A stretch of 64,000 bases of DNA from Macrostomum lignano (taxonomy: Eukaryota): the NCBI GenBank assembly GCA_002269645.1, contig NIVC01002040.1, positions 124,001 to 188,000 on the forward strand. The letters run 5' to 3'. Position numbers and translations under genes: made by a program. The notes beneath the pieces are model-generated. The model had not been told where the DNA came from and did no database searches. It worked only from the letters and a program-made list of their open reading frames with translations. Shown here piece after piece: positions 37,601 to 49,954 of this stretch (within the stretch, counting starts at the first letter, position 1; each line of letters opens with the position of its first letter).

Positions 37601-39769
37601 TACGCGCGTAGGCCCAAATGGGCTGCAAAAAGCTATACTAGGGGAATACATAAGGTACAAACTGGCACAAACTTACCTGTTCAGCAAGAGGCGGCACTCG
37701 CAGCCGTTTCATAGCTGAGTGGCGATCCCCGTGCTCCAAATCAGTGATATAAGTCTGCTCAACTCTGTTAATGAATTCGGTTACATCTTTGCTGAGATGA
37801 AATCTGGCCGATTCCACATTTCTAACACGCCACTGATAGCCGGATGAGTTGCCGAATACCTGAGAGTTAGAGCGAGTTTTTTGTTAGACTATTTGTTAAA
37901 GATGTTTCATGTACATGTACACTGCTACTCCCTAATTTTTATCCTGATTCCGGTTTTCTTTGATCTACATACGCCGCTATCCATTGTTCCTGTAAGACTG
38001 TTCTATGATGTAGGCTACTACCTCACTGTTCCTTTGATGTATGCCGCTACCACTATTGTTCCTTTGATTAATGCATTCCGCTACTTAACTGTTGCTTTGA
38101 TTGATGTATTCCGCTACCTCACAGTTCCTTTGATCTAAGCCGCTACCCGCTACTTCACTGTTCCTTTTATGTACGCCGCTATCTCACTGTTCCTTTGATC
38201 TAAGCCGCTACCTCACTGTTCCTTTAATGTACGCCGCTACCTCACTGTTCCTTTGATGTAAGCCGCTACCTTACTGTTCCTTTGATGTAAGCCGCTACCT
38301 CACTGTTCCTTTGATGTAAGCCGCTACCTCACTGTTCCTTTGATGTACGCCGCTACCTCACTGTTCCTTTGATGTAAGCCGCTACCTTACTGTTCCTTTT
38401 ACCTAACTAATCATTTGATGTACGCCGCCCCTATTCAGACTATTTGATAGACATCATTCAAATTACCTTGTCGTGCTTTTTAAGTATTTTACGAAATCCG
38501 GTAAAATTCAGAGTCTGATAATTCTGGAGAAGAATCAAATTGAGATAATACTCTTGATAAGCCAGTTTAATGTCTTGCAGCTTCCTGAATCGCTTTTTCT
38601 TTTTCTTTCGTTCCTCTCGTCGACGCAGCACAGAACCGGGCAATATAGCTTTGCTAAACGTCTCGGACTCTCGATCTTTCTTGTCAGCCGGTTCCGTCAC
38701 CTCTAATGTCATCTTTGATTGGATAAATTTTCGTTCAGCAACGTGCACTTTGTACTCTTTTAGTTCGGCTTCGAGGTCTTTTAACTTTCGTCTGGCTTCT
38801 GCGACTTTCTCGTTGAAAAAGTCGTTGATTTTGTTGAGCTCCTCTTCGCACAGTTCGTAGAATTTGTCGTCCTTCTCCATTAGAAACACGGTGCGCTCGT
38901 ACTCATCTAATTGACGATTAAATAAAAAATAAAAAAATTATTTTTTTAAGAAGCGCGATCGAGTGACACTATTAGTGACTGGATAGTGATAGAATGGGAA
39001 GGTAATTCATCTATGATAATAATTAGCTGTCACAAACTCTCTACCGACCCTAAATCTTATCCTAAACAAACCCTAACTCAAGTCGACTGACAAACTTACA
39101 TTTCGAGCTCTCAGAGGGTGGCAGAGAATGGGAGTGACAGGATGCGAGTGACATTGAATAAGAGTGACAGAACGGGAGCGATAAAATGGGTGAGTGACAG
39201 AGAATGACAGTGACTGGGAGTGAGATTGGGAGTGACAGACAATGAGGGACTGGTGAAGAATGGGAGTGACGGAGAATAGGAGTGACGGAGAATGGGAGTG
39301 ACGGAGATTGGGAGTGACAGAAAAGGAAGGACTGGTGGAGAATGGGAGTGACGGAGATTGGGAGTGACAGAAAAGGAGGGACTGGTGAAGAATGGGAGTG
39401 ACGGAGATTGGGAGTGACAATGGGAGTGACGGAGATTGGGAGTGATAGAAAAAGCGCAGTGACAGAAAATGAGGGAGTGACAGAATGGGAATGACAATGG
39501 GGAAATAACAGAAAATCAGAGTGACAGAATGGAAGAGTGGCAGATAGGTGAGGTAATGCGAGTCCCACTCACCCTCTTTAGATGCAGCCTCTTCAACGCA
39601 TTTGTAGCAGAAATCTTTCAACTCCTGCAATACAAATACAATCAATATTTGCTTAATAAAGTGAAGAATAAGTGGACAGTGACAACTATTAGCAACTTAC
39701 GTCATAGTCGATGTACTGAGTACGCCATTCGGGCGTTAAATGAGCTTGAAGATGTTCGGCAAACTTCAT
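29608..39769 (-). CDS. XPR1: Phosphate exporter XPR1/SLC53A1 (SPX + EXS), 10 exons, 788 aa
   Basis: Exons in minus-strand order: 39769-39701, 39624-39573, 38906-38467, 37859-37677, 33335-32883, 31967-31763, 31457-31254, 31138-30855, 30468-30232, 29847-29608. GT-AG with consistent phases (2367 nt). Hallmarks: [98 protein letters not shown]. Confidence 0.96.
29891..30165. repeat. ~50-bp minisatellite in XPR1 intron 9
   Basis: Unit GGGATTTATAATTTGGCGGCGAGATCAAAGACTGTACTAAAACACGTAGA, ~5 copies. Confidence 0.9.
30520..30780. repeat. ~48-bp degenerate minisatellite in XPR1 intron 8
   Basis: Recurring AGGTCAGGGTCAATTAAGGTCAGGTT...AAGGATA. Confidence 0.85.
31507..31682. repeat. (GATA)n microsatellite in XPR1 intron 6
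   Basis: Directly visible in the sequence. Confidence 0.97.
32075..32755. repeat. 58-bp minisatellite in XPR1 intron 5, ~11-12 copies
   Basis: Unit CACTGTCACAATTGATGGTCACACTGGATAGTGAAACAAGTGTGACTAATAATCCTGA. Confidence 0.95.
33989..34999 (-). CDS. ~336-aa low-complexity/disordered ORF inside XPR1 intron 4, same strand (nested gene or alternative XPR1 first exon)
   Basis: Over 1 kb open without repeats. First ATG at 34999 in a good context (GCAATGG). S/R/D/E/P-rich with an acidic run ([12 protein letters not shown]) and basic KRRR. Ends EPIK-V-F-stop, where AAG|GT could be a phase-0 donor. Confidence 0.7.
   Translation of the reverse strand: MAEWNEYKPTNGDNSGVMSLLGVSRIRDYFSNSTLFRSRLNSEHRPSVSKSSLRDSAFEDSSSDSETERDLRLGNVTLWDYGGSNYDQLMPTPRYTRNPQYNQHSRFHSPSPVGLRSRNVSESCRATSGVNVDSYESGEYRSRVNSFTRQRLRSETTDYRHLSSFPNIHRLEEHPAIEEEPSSPDSPKKSLNVPSIIFEPAPPTQPALPPVSLTSACQLLLQRHWRSNSIRVDDVKKRDKDYFYDGDDDEDDNEDELYLKRRRLASTTDQGTPVVAFDVLDRRGSRLDTLQYLSTNCLPPDRRDFESTWALPENSCKLETYIRRYILHTTEPIKVF
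36626..36740. other. Foldback hairpin: 43-bp inverted arms (2 mismatches) around a 29-nt loop
   Basis: CTGGAAGTGAGAATTTATGGTAATGACCATAGACACGAGCGGC ... GCCGCTCGTGTCTATGGCCATTACCATGAATTCTCACTTCCAG. Confidence 0.9.
37022..37559 (+). mobile_element. Non-autonomous DNA transposon, ~66-bp TIRs, with an HTH-like transposase remnant
   Basis: Left end TGTCTATGGTAGCAAGGCTGGCACAGCGGCATTTAATTTGGTCCAACAAGCATCAATTTGGTCCA matches the reverse complement of the right end with 3 mismatches. Internal [19 protein letters not shown]...[12 protein letters not shown] plus a frameshifted STISRA resembles Tc1/IS630-type DNA-binding regions. Confidence 0.75.
38010..38430. repeat. 29-bp minisatellite in XPR1 intron 3
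   Basis: Unit GCCGCTACCTCACTGTTCCTTTGATGTAA, diverged toward the left. Confidence 0.9.
39110..39545. repeat. Purine-rich ~17-bp minisatellite in XPR1 intron 2
   Basis: GGGAGTGAC(A/G)GAGAAT variants. Confidence 0.88.
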
Positions 39770-40157
39770 TGCATTCAGTTAAATTCCTAGCGTTGACAAG
39801 CGGCCAAGCACAGACTGTACCATCGATGAAGAGAATTGCTTTTTCTCTTTTAATCTGGCTGTGGAAAGTTTAAAAAGTTCATTTTCTAAAATAATATTTC
39901 GTTGTCAAACTAAACTGAAATAAAACGACAGCCGATAGATATTGTTTACAGACATATATGCCCATATGGATAAATAACTGAGCGCCAAAATGACAAGAAA
40001 TACGCACTGATATACTGTACACGTCCCGAGCTATCATAAATGCTAGCTATTTAGCTATTGGACGCTAAAAGATCTTATCGTCTTATCGCAATTTCTATCC
40101 ATAGCTGGATCACATATGCTTTTCAGATGTTCAACCGCAATTCTGCACTGTAAATTT

Positions 40158-41910
40158 TGTGTCCATTGGGTCTAGATGGACAGTTATTCAGTGTCCATTG
40201 GGTCTAGATGGACAGTTATTTAGTGTCCATTGGGTCTAGATGGACAGTTATTCAGTGTCCATTGGGTCTAGATGGACAGTTATTCAGTGTCCATTGGGTT
40301 TAGATGGACAGTTATTTAGTGTCCATTGGGTCTAGATGGACAGTTATTCAGTGTCCATTGGGTCTAGATGGACAGTTATTTAGTGTCTATGGGGTCTAGA
40401 TGGACAGTTATTCAGTGTCCATTGGGTCTAGATGGACAGTTATTAAGTGTCCATGGGGTCTAGATGGACAGTTATTCAGTGTCCATTGGGTTTAGATGGA
40501 CAGTTATTCAGTGTCCATTGGGTTTAGATGGACAGTTATTTAGTGTCCATTGGGTTTAGATGGACAGTTATTTAGTGTCCATTGGGTCTAGATGGACAGT
40601 TATTAAGTGTCCATTGGGTCTAGATGGACAGTTATTCAGTGTCCATTGGGTCTAGATGGACAGTTATTCAGTGTCCATTGGGTTTGGATGGACAGTTATT
40701 TAGTGTCCATTGGGTCTAGATGGACAGTTATTTAGTGTCCATTGGGTCTAGATGGACAGTTATTCAGTGTCCATGGGGTCTAGATAGACAGTTATTCAGT
40801 GTCCATGGGGTCCAGATGGACAGTTATCCAGTGTCCATTGGGTCTAGATGGACAGTTATTCAGTGTCCATTGGGTCTAGATGGACAGTTATTTAGTGTCC
40901 ATTGGGTCTAGATGGACAGTTATTTAGTGTCCATTGGGTCTAGTTGGACAGTTATTCAGTGTCCATGGGGTCTAGATGGACAGTTATTCAGTGTCCATTG
41001 GGTCTAGATGGACAGTTATTCAGTGTCTATGGGGTCTAGATGGACAGTTATTCAGTGTCTATGGGGTTTAGATGGACAGTTATCCAGTGTCCATGGGGTC
41101 TAGATGGACAGTTATTCAGTGTCTATGGGGTCTAGATGGACAGTTATTAAGTGTCCATGAGGTCTAGATGGACAGTTATTAAGTGTCCATGGGGCCTAGA
41201 TAGACAGTTATTCAGTGTCTATGGGGTCTAGATGGACAGTTATTCAGTGTCAATGAGGTCTAGATGGACAGTTATCCAGTGTCCATGGGGTCTAGATGGA
41301 CAGTTATTCAGTGTCTATGGGGTCTAGATGGACAGTTATTAAGTGTCCATGAGGTCTAGATGGACAGTTATTAAGTGTCCATGGGGCCTAGATAGACAGT
41401 TATTCAGTGTCTATGGGGTCTAGATGGACAGTTATTCAGTGTCAATGAGGTCTAGATGGACAGTTATTCAGTGTCCATGGGGTCTAGATAAACAGTTGTT
41501 CAGTGTCTATGGGGTCTAGATGGACAGTTATTCAGTGTCCATGAGGTCTAGATGGACAGTTATTAAGTGTCCATGGGGCCTAGATAGACAGTTATTCAGT
41601 GTCTATGGGGTCTAGATGGACAGTTATTCAGTGTCAATGAGGTCTAGATGGACAGTTATTCAGTGTCTATGGGGTCTAGATGGACAGTTATTAAGTGTCC
41701 ATGAGGTCTAGATGGACAGTTATTAAGTGTCCATGGGGCCTAGATAGACAGTTATTCAGTGTCTATGGGGTCTAGATGGACAGTTATTCAGTGTCAATGA
41801 GGTCTAGATGGACAGTTATTCAGTGTCCATGGGGTCTAGATAAACAGTTGTTCAGTGTCTATGGGGTCTAGATGGACAGTTATTCAGTGTCTATGAGGTC
41901 TAGACGGACG
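40158..41910. repeat. 32-bp minisatellite between AUH and XPR1, ~55 copies
   Basis: Unit GTCCATTGGGTCTAGATGGACAGTTATTCAGT with an internal TGTCCAT/ATGGACA stem. Confidence 0.97.
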
Positions 41911-42125
41911 ATTCCTAACAAATACACTTTAAGAGCCTAAAAAAGGGAAATGAAAAAACACAGTACAGTCAAAAACTTCATACAAAAGTAAGTCTCTTTT
42001 ACACGATTTGTTTAATATATTTTGGAATTGCAAAAAAATATGTTATACACTAACATACATTAAAGCCATAACATAACGCATTATTGAATTAATAATCGCT
42101 TTGTTAAAAACCGCTTTATTAAAAT

Positions 42126-43813
42126 CTACTCTCCAGTATAGACTGGGGTCCTCTTCTCCTTAAAAGCCCGAAGGCCTTCAAGCCTATCCTTAGTCGGTAT
42201 CACTCTGGCGTAGCAATTCGCCTCAACGTCTAAAGCGGCTCGCATACTGCCGGCAGACATTCCATTGTCGATGGCCTTTTTAGCCATAGACAGCGCCACA
42301 GGGCCATTCTTGGCGATCTCGCTGGCCAGCTCTATGGCCGAGGCCAGCGCGGCGAATCCGTTGGCGCCTTGTTGCTGGGGCACCGACCGGCTCACTAGGC
42401 CAAGGGTTTGCGCCTCAGCGCCGGTTAGTACCTGGAAACGAAAAATAAAATTATTCTCTTTTTGATACATATCGGTATCCATATTATTATATTTTTAAAT
42501 AGATAAGTTGAATTGGTTTGGCATTCTAAACCAATTTACGCTATATATCGGTAGCTAACTTCAACTTGATATTAAATTACATACGATACATTTAGGTAGT
42601 TAGCTTCAACTTTATATTTAATTTACATATCGGTAGATCGACTCCAATCGATTCAAACTGAACTCACCCTAGCGGTATAGATAAGCTCCTTAGCTAGGCT
42701 GGGTCCCAATACACTGGGCAATCGCTGGGTACCTCCGGCACCAGGAATTATAGCCAGCCTGGTCTCAACCAAGCCTAGTCGAGCGTCGTCGCTAGCAACG
42801 CGAAGATCGCATGCCAGCGCCAGTTCCAGGCCGCCGCCAAGCGCCGCGCCGTCTATGGCAGCGACAGTGGGAAGTGGAAGTTCGGCCAACTCCTGACGGG
42901 AACAGAATTTCGGAAGTCTGCTGATTTTTGCTTGCTTAAAACTGCTTTTCTCTCTATAGCATATCACTCACTGGCTCCCTAGTACTCGTAGCTTCCACCC
43001 TTATCATGAATCAGTAGCTTCCATCATTAGCCTCAATCAGTAGCTTCCATCTTTAGCCTCAACCACTAGCTTCTATCATTAGCTTCCATCCTTAGCCTCA
43101 ACCACTAGATTCCATCTTTAGCCCCAACCACTAGCTTCCATAATTAGCCTCAACCAGTAGCTTCCATAATTAGCCCCAACCACTAGCTTCTATCCTTAGC
43201 CTCAACCACTAGCTTCCATCCTTAGCCTCAACCACTAGCTTCCATTCTTAGCCTCAACCAGTAGCTTCCATAATTAGCCCCAACCACTAGCTTCCATCCT
43301 TAGCCTCAACCACTAGCTTCCATAATTAGCCTCAATCAGTAGCTTCCATCCTTAGCCTCAACCACTAGCTTCCATAATTAGCCTCAATCAGTAGCTTCCA
43401 TCATTAGCCTCAATTGACTCCAATTCCTATCTCTACCGACTCACCTGTAAAAGGTCCCTAGCCTTAGCAACAAACGGGCCAACGTCAGATTCGGGCATTG
43501 TGGCTCGCTCTTTCAAATCGGCACCAGCGCAGAACACGCCAGGCACGGCGCTGCCAAACACCAGAGCGCGTAGGGCGCGCTGACTTCGGACAGCGGCAAA
43601 CGCCGATTCTAAAGCTCCAATAAGCGACTTGCTTAGAGCATTCTTAGCCTGTGGTCGGTTTAGTAAAGCTACGCAAACGCCTGGGCAACGATTGAAATCT
43701 AGGATTAACTCGTCTTGTTTATTAGATAAGCATCGAGCAGATTGCTGTTGGCACAGTGCCAACAGAGATGGACGAACTGATAGTTTTAGAGCATTGCTGA
43801 TGCACAGTGCCAT
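42126..43813 (-). CDS. AUH: Methylglutaconyl-CoA hydratase (AUH, crotonase family), 3 exons, 299 aa, with a probable mitochondrial presequence
   Basis: Exons 43813-43445, 42892-42668 and 42431-42126, all phase 0. Motifs [41 protein letters not shown] and C-terminal [22 protein letters not shown] fit AUH better than ECHDC2. Confidence 0.92.
42985..43420. repeat. 26-bp minisatellite in AUH intron 1
   Basis: Unit CACTAGCTTCCATCCTTAGCCTCAAC. Confidence 0.92.
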
Positions 43814-44039
43814 AATTTGTGACACAGAAGCAGAATTGAAACACCTCGGTAAACTAATTGATTTGATTTATTTATGCAACAATTCTGCTAATATGAGCAG
43901 TACACAGCTATTGGCTTCCACTTTATCAACCAACATGAGTCAGTGATTATGAGCTATAGACTTGATGCATTGTTTCTCTATAATCTCCGCATCAATATAT
44001 TAATGTGTAGTGCATGTGCCCTTGTCGGTTTGTCAGGGC

Positions 44040-45560
44040 TTGTCTATGCAATCTTAGTGGCTTCAGCTCCCCAGTATGGACATTAACCAAGAAAGTCTAA
44101 ATGGACTTAGGTGCTGATGCTTGATATGCCTTGATCAGTGTCTTGTTTTGATAGTGCATCTTGTTAACAGATTGCACACTTGTAGTGTGTTAATTTGTGT
44201 TTTAATTCTAATTTTAAAACCAAAAACATTTTGCATTACATGCAATAGGGATATAAATGTATGCTATGATTTATAATTATACATCAAGTGTATTAGAGAC
44301 ATTCTATATGTGCATTAGAATTTTCTATGGCAAAGTAACCTTCCTGACTATAGCCTTGGTATAAATCAATGCACATTTATTTGGCATACTTGTATACCAT
44401 TTGGTATTAGTTTAAGCCTTAGTTTTTTAGCAATCTTCCATTTTTCTATCTAATATCCTACTTTGTAATGCAACAATTTTCTATAAAAGAAGCAACATTG
44501 CTGTACTACTCACTGAAGCCATCTGCAGACAAAATGTTGCTCATTGGATTAACAACATTCTTTTAAATTTTGTATATCTTCAAGAATATGGGATCTGGGA
44601 AACTGGCAATAAAGGACTATACAACTACATGTTAGTGCATATAGTTGGTTTTTCATTCATACCATTCTTCACTTTGCTGCTTTGATGAATATAAGAGGAT
44701 ATCAGTTTCAGTTAAGGATTCAGTTTTAAAGACACAGGTTCTTCTCCTATGCCTATGATATTTTTATGTTACACTTCAATAAAAGAGTTGCTTGAACAAT
44801 TGGCATCAAGAAATAACGTTTGACAAACTTTTCTGATTGCCTTTGGACAAATTATCTTAGCTCCAATGGTAAAATCTGCAATTAATGCTTGGAAACTTAT
44901 GCTTTGTGTTTTTTGATCATAGACAAAGACCAGTCAGTATAAACATGTTTATAGGGATTTTGTAAACTTATAAAAAAGCTATTGGAGAAGTAATATAAGA
45001 CAATAAATTTCTTTGCCTTTGGATAAAGAATTGTCCATTGTATAAACCAAGTTGGTATGCCTTAGTTTTAATCTTGTCAGTCAAAACATTTCTAATGAGT
45101 CACCTTTTGTGACACTTTTTGACTATGCCAAAAGCTCGAGTTGGATATTCCAAATGAACTCTTTTAGTTTAGTGCTCTAAGAAAAGTACATGCCTTATAG
45201 CTTCCATTTCTGCCTTTGTAAAGCATATGCATTTTTCAAAGGATGACTAAGAGCAAGCAGCATTTTACTAAAATCCCCTATAAATATATGGTTTAGATGC
45301 ATAAAGTTGCAATTGCTTTGTCAACCAAGAGCTCAAGTAAGACTAAATTGTTTTGTTCAATCCCACTGTTACTGCATCAACCAGTGTTTCAAGCCATATA
45401 TAAAATGAAGCAGCAATATTTATCCCCTAAAATGGCATACAAAAGGCATAATTTGAATTATAAATGTCTGCACATAGCACTTTGGGTGATGGCCAGACCA
45501 AGACTTCAAAGTGGTCTCAACAAAACTACTTAAAAGGAATATAGCTTTCTCTTTTGCCTA
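44040..45560 (-). mobile_element. Possible highly degenerate non-LTR retrotransposon fragment
   Basis: Only scattered minus-strand motif remnants (IGDFS resembling APE GDFN near 45270; FVETTLK; CPYW near 44080). No continuous ORF. Confidence 0.3.
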
Positions 45561-47379
45561 GCAATGGCAACAAAGTCAGTGACAATGGACACTGATAAGC
45601 AGTACAACTGATAATAACAGAAAAGATGATGAAGCTAAAGACAGTAGCCAAAATGTCACATTGCCATAAAAATAAGTTTTCAAACTATTATGAAAACATT
45701 ATGAAAAAACTTTTTAGAAATTTGGCTATTAGAAATAAGCTATTAGCATTACCATTGGTATTAGAATTAGAAAAACTTTTAGAACAATTTTAAAACCAAC
45801 AATTAAGCCTAAACATTTAATGAAGCAATTGAGCTAGAAGCCTATCTAATAACATAGGTAATATCGAAACATATATAGGTAATAGGTAATATATAGATTT
45901 AAAGCCCTAACTAGGCTCTTCCTAGGCAAAGTTACATAAATTTAAAATATAAAATAGAATGCAATTTTCCAATCTTCTCAAGAATCAAGATTAAGAATGA
46001 AATACTATCTTATAAAACCATTTATTAAATATACATAATTATTAAATTTAAATTGCTTTGTATATTATTGAGTAGCCCTTATTAAAGACTTTTTAAGCCT
46101 AGTTGTCAATTGTTGCATGGATAAAATAGTAGTTATGTGACTACTTTTAGCCATTAGCAACTTATTTATATAGGCTATTCTATGCTTTTTGCTTGTACAC
46201 TGTATTAGTATTAGTAAGTATAAGCATTAAGTAAATGATACCACACTTAGCTTAAAATATAAAAAATGTTAAATGTGTATATACTCAAGACAAATATTTT
46301 TTCAACAATACCATGCTGATCAATAGCTATATAGCATTTACCAAAAGTGTTTATAAAATCAATATGTATTGTATTTGCCTTTATTCTATTTATAGCTATG
46401 ATATTGAAATTTTGTTTTTATTGTTTCTATATATAAAACCTCATTTACATTGCCAACTATTTGGTTTTGAAACATCCAAGGAGAAATTCCAACTTAAACT
46501 TGGAAGCAGCAAAATAGCCTGTCATTAGAGAAACTGGCCTTAGGAAATAAGTTAATTTGTGAGATAGGGCTTGCTATTAGCTGTATAAAAAAGCATCTTC
46601 AAGTGAAAATAGCTTTTATTCTGTTTGTATTAAGAGAATTTATCTGGCTACTATGTTGCAACTTTGTATTATTATCTAGCTTTCAAGTATGAAGTAATAT
46701 TAGATATGTATGAATATGAAAGAGAAGAAAACCAATAGTTATGTTGCATTACATAATATTTTTAGCTTTGCAAGCATGACAAGAAATTTTTACTAATGAT
46801 GGTCAATAAAAATGATAGCAATTTTCATTTCATTTGCACCCAAAAAAGATACCATCTCAATCTAAAACCACATTTATTGGTATATTTTTGGTTTTATTTT
46901 GCTGAACAATGATTTTTTGCTGCATTCATCATTCTTTATTACTTAATAAAAGGCAAAGGACATTTATTCTATATGTATATTGGAGAACATATTTTCATTT
47001 GTAACAATCTTTAAATTGCTTCTAAAATATCTTTTTCTAAAAGCATATTCGGAGTCTATTATAAGAGAAAGCTACCAAATTATATTGTATGCTTGTAAGT
47101 TGATTTCTAATGTTTGCATAATCACCTACTAATGACAAATATAGGCAGGTACCTATATCAAGGATAAGATAGCCTGAAGAGGGCTGTTGGCTGCCGCTGG
47201 CCGCAGCTCTCCCTTCCCCTCTCCCTCTCCCTTTCTCCTTCTCTCCCCCTCTTCCCCTCTCCCTCCCGTTGTCCTTTTGTCTGCTTGCGCTCCCTTCTCC
47301 TTCCCCCCTTTTCTGGTTCGTTTGCGTTCCCAGTGTCTGAGCTTCTCTGCTCAGCCTGTCCTTGATTCATTGTCTATCT

Positions 47380-48600
47380 GGCCTCTCTCCCCTTTTTCTT
47401 GTGTGGCTACGTTTGTTCTCTCTGTCTGGTCTGTATGGTAGCGGATCACGTGCCCCCGGTGCTCTGTCCTTTTCTTGTGCAGCCTTGTGCAATCTTGGGT
47501 GTCAGTCTCTAAATTAGGAATAGCATCCTTGCCTCTCAGGTGGGGCTCCGTGCTTGTTTCTAAAAATAGAACTGAATCACGCCAGGTAGAGGGGCGCAGT
47601 GAGAGCGGCCTTGCGCACTCTGGCGCAATGGGGTGTTGCACGGTATGGTGAAATTGATCCACTATCCTATAAGTACGGGCCTCTTGTGCCTCCGTTTGGC
47701 AACCTCTTGCTTATCTGCCCTCGTTTATGAGGCTGGGCTAAGTTTCACTCTAACTTTAAGACTCGTGCATCTTGCGCTGGTCCTTGCAAACTCCTTTCTG
47801 ACTTCTGATCTATCATTGACTGTGTGTCTGAGCTTGTGCTAGACTCCCGACCAAGCTAACAAGAAACTAGCACAGTTCCTTATCCCCGCACTTGAGCCCG
47901 GCAGGACCGCTGACAAGGTGTGCACTGGTGCCAGCTGTCAAATCTGCATGGCATGCTAAGTTCTTGTGTCTCGTTTATTTTGCTCAGCCCGGAGTCTCCC
48001 TCTGTCGCCACTTTCCTAGTCATTTCTTAGTTCACCTTCACTTGTCTCTGTTTACTCCGTTTTCTCTCTCTCTCTGTCTAGCTCAATCTTGTTATTCTTA
48101 TCTCTCTCTCCCTTGCTGCGTTCTGATTGGCTCTCCGTTCTCGCCTCTTTCTTCAGTCGCGCACTCCACCCCCTCTCTTTATTATTCTGGGCTCAACCCC
48201 CAAAGTTAAATGTTCTACAAATATATCGGTTTGGGCCCTACACCCACTTACTGCTTATCTTATTCCTCCAATTTAACTCCAATTAAATATCTCATAATTC
48301 AATCGTTAGTATTTTCTCTACACCCTCATTGAAGGACAAGATCCAAGCGAGCTGGTGGCAGCGCTACCTACGCTACAAGGATTGTTTCTAAGAAACTGGC
48401 AGCTAGAGATCAACGCCCTGCACCAGGAGACCTACCAGGCCATTTCTAGTCGACAGCGCAGAAGCCTGTACTTCACTAGTGGCAACGGTGGGATTCCAAG
48501 ACCTACGGCTAGGCCAACCGAGACAAACTAGAAACCACCAAACAACTGTACTTTACTTTTCAAGCGTAAACCTGCGGAATTAATCTAAGTGTTCAACTGG
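47380..48600 (+). mobile_element. Unclassified repeat/element copy A (enhancer-like motifs, TATA and short ORF remnant)
   Basis: Shares ordered motifs with copy B: ATCACGTGC, TGTTTCTAAAAATAGA, CCTATAA, GAGCCCRGCAGGA-CYGCTGAC, and peptide EGQDPSELVAALPTL...GGIPRPT. The left boundary is approximate. Confidence 0.55.
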
Positions 48601-48654
48601 GCTCTTTGCCTAATTGGTAGAGTTGAATTCAATTAAAAAGATTAATGCAAACTA

Positions 48655-49954
48655 TAGGGTGGGCAGAAAGTAACTCCCTATTTTAAATTACTTATAAATT
48701 GTATATAATTTGTTACTGCTTTGTCATATTTTTATGATTAATTCTCTCAAATAGTACAATTTTATTGATAGTTTTGTTTTTGATTTTAGATAAAACTGTA
48801 ACATGGCTCAGCAGTTACCACTTCAGGAGCGTGCCCAGTTGGCATCACAATATGAAGTTTGGCAATCTGTTGTACAAGTTCAATGATGGTGGTGGACTAT
48901 TCATGGACCATGTGCACAAGTGGATCCAAAAACAATAAGAAACTTTCATGTGAAGCTCATGACCACAGGATCTGCGGTAGATGTTTGCAGAAGTGGACAC
49001 CCTTTGACATCCACAACCCAGGAAACAGTGCACACAGTCCAAGCAATGTTTCAGCATAATCCAGGAAAATCAACTTGCCAGGCAGCTTGGGAAAGTGGAC
49101 TCACCCACTACACAGTGCGAACTGTGCTCAAGAAAGAGTTGAACTGGCGTGTGTGGAAGCTGCACTACTGCCAATCTCTCTTGGATGAAGACTGTGACAT
49201 TCGCATGGAGTTTAGAGAAATCATGCTGGCTTGGCATGAAGAGTGGCCCCATCTTTTCCGCAACATCCTCTGGACTGATGAGGCTGTGTTTCACATTGTA
49301 GGCTTTGTCAACTGTCACAACTGCCACTACTGGGCAGGAGAGGATCCTATGATGACAGTTGAAAAATAGCAAAATCGACCCAAAGTAACAGTGTGGTGTG
49401 GTATCACCTCAGATCAGGTTGTGGGCCCATTTTTTCTATGCAACACCATGAATGCTGAACAATACCTTGATATATTGCGTGATAGTCTGGCCAGTGGTCA
49501 GAACATTGACAAGTTGATATTTATGCAAGATGGCGCCCCGCCACACTTTGCTCTTGTTGTCCACAAATGGCTGGATGCTCGCTTTCCGGGGTGTTGGTTG
49601 GGACGTTGTGGTCCACATGAATGGCCATCCAGGAGCCCGGATTTGACACCCTGCAACTTTTTTCTTTGGGGTTGGGTAAAGGAAGAAGTCTACCGCTCCA
49701 AACCAATGTTTCTCGAAGAACTGGAGAATTGAATAAGGGGAGTCATGTCCATCATCCCAGCAGAGTTTCTGAGAAAGTCAGTGGATACCATTCCTGAACG
49801 TTTGCAGCAGCTGGTGGAAAGATCTGGGGCACATATTGAATTTTAGAGATAGCTTACCATTTATGCCTACCTTTTATGATTAATTTTTTTGAGAATAAAT
49901 ATAATGTACATTGTTTTATTAATTAAAATAGGGAGTTACTTTCGGCCCACCCTG
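48655..49954 (+). mobile_element. Tc1/mariner superfamily DD41D (rosa/Visitor-type) transposon, full length 1300 bp, inactivated
   Basis: 32-bp TIRs (T/C)AGGGTGGGC(A/C)GAAAGTAACTCCCTATTTTAA flanked by TA on both sides. Transposase from ATGGCTCAG (~48803) with WTDEA, QDGAPPH and SPDLTPC(N), 41 residues between the 2nd and 3rd catalytic positions. Three in-frame stops. Confidence 0.95.

Noticed and set aside
40158-41910. CRISPR-like 32-bp palindromic repeats
   Set aside because: Units are head-to-tail with no unique spacers, there are no cas genes, and the context is eukaryotic. The same applies to the other arrays.
47918-47940. Possible LTR end and primer-binding site (TGCA-C-TGGTGCCAG)
   Set aside because: Not present at the homologous position in copy B, and no second LTR or pol was found, so an LTR classification is not claimed.
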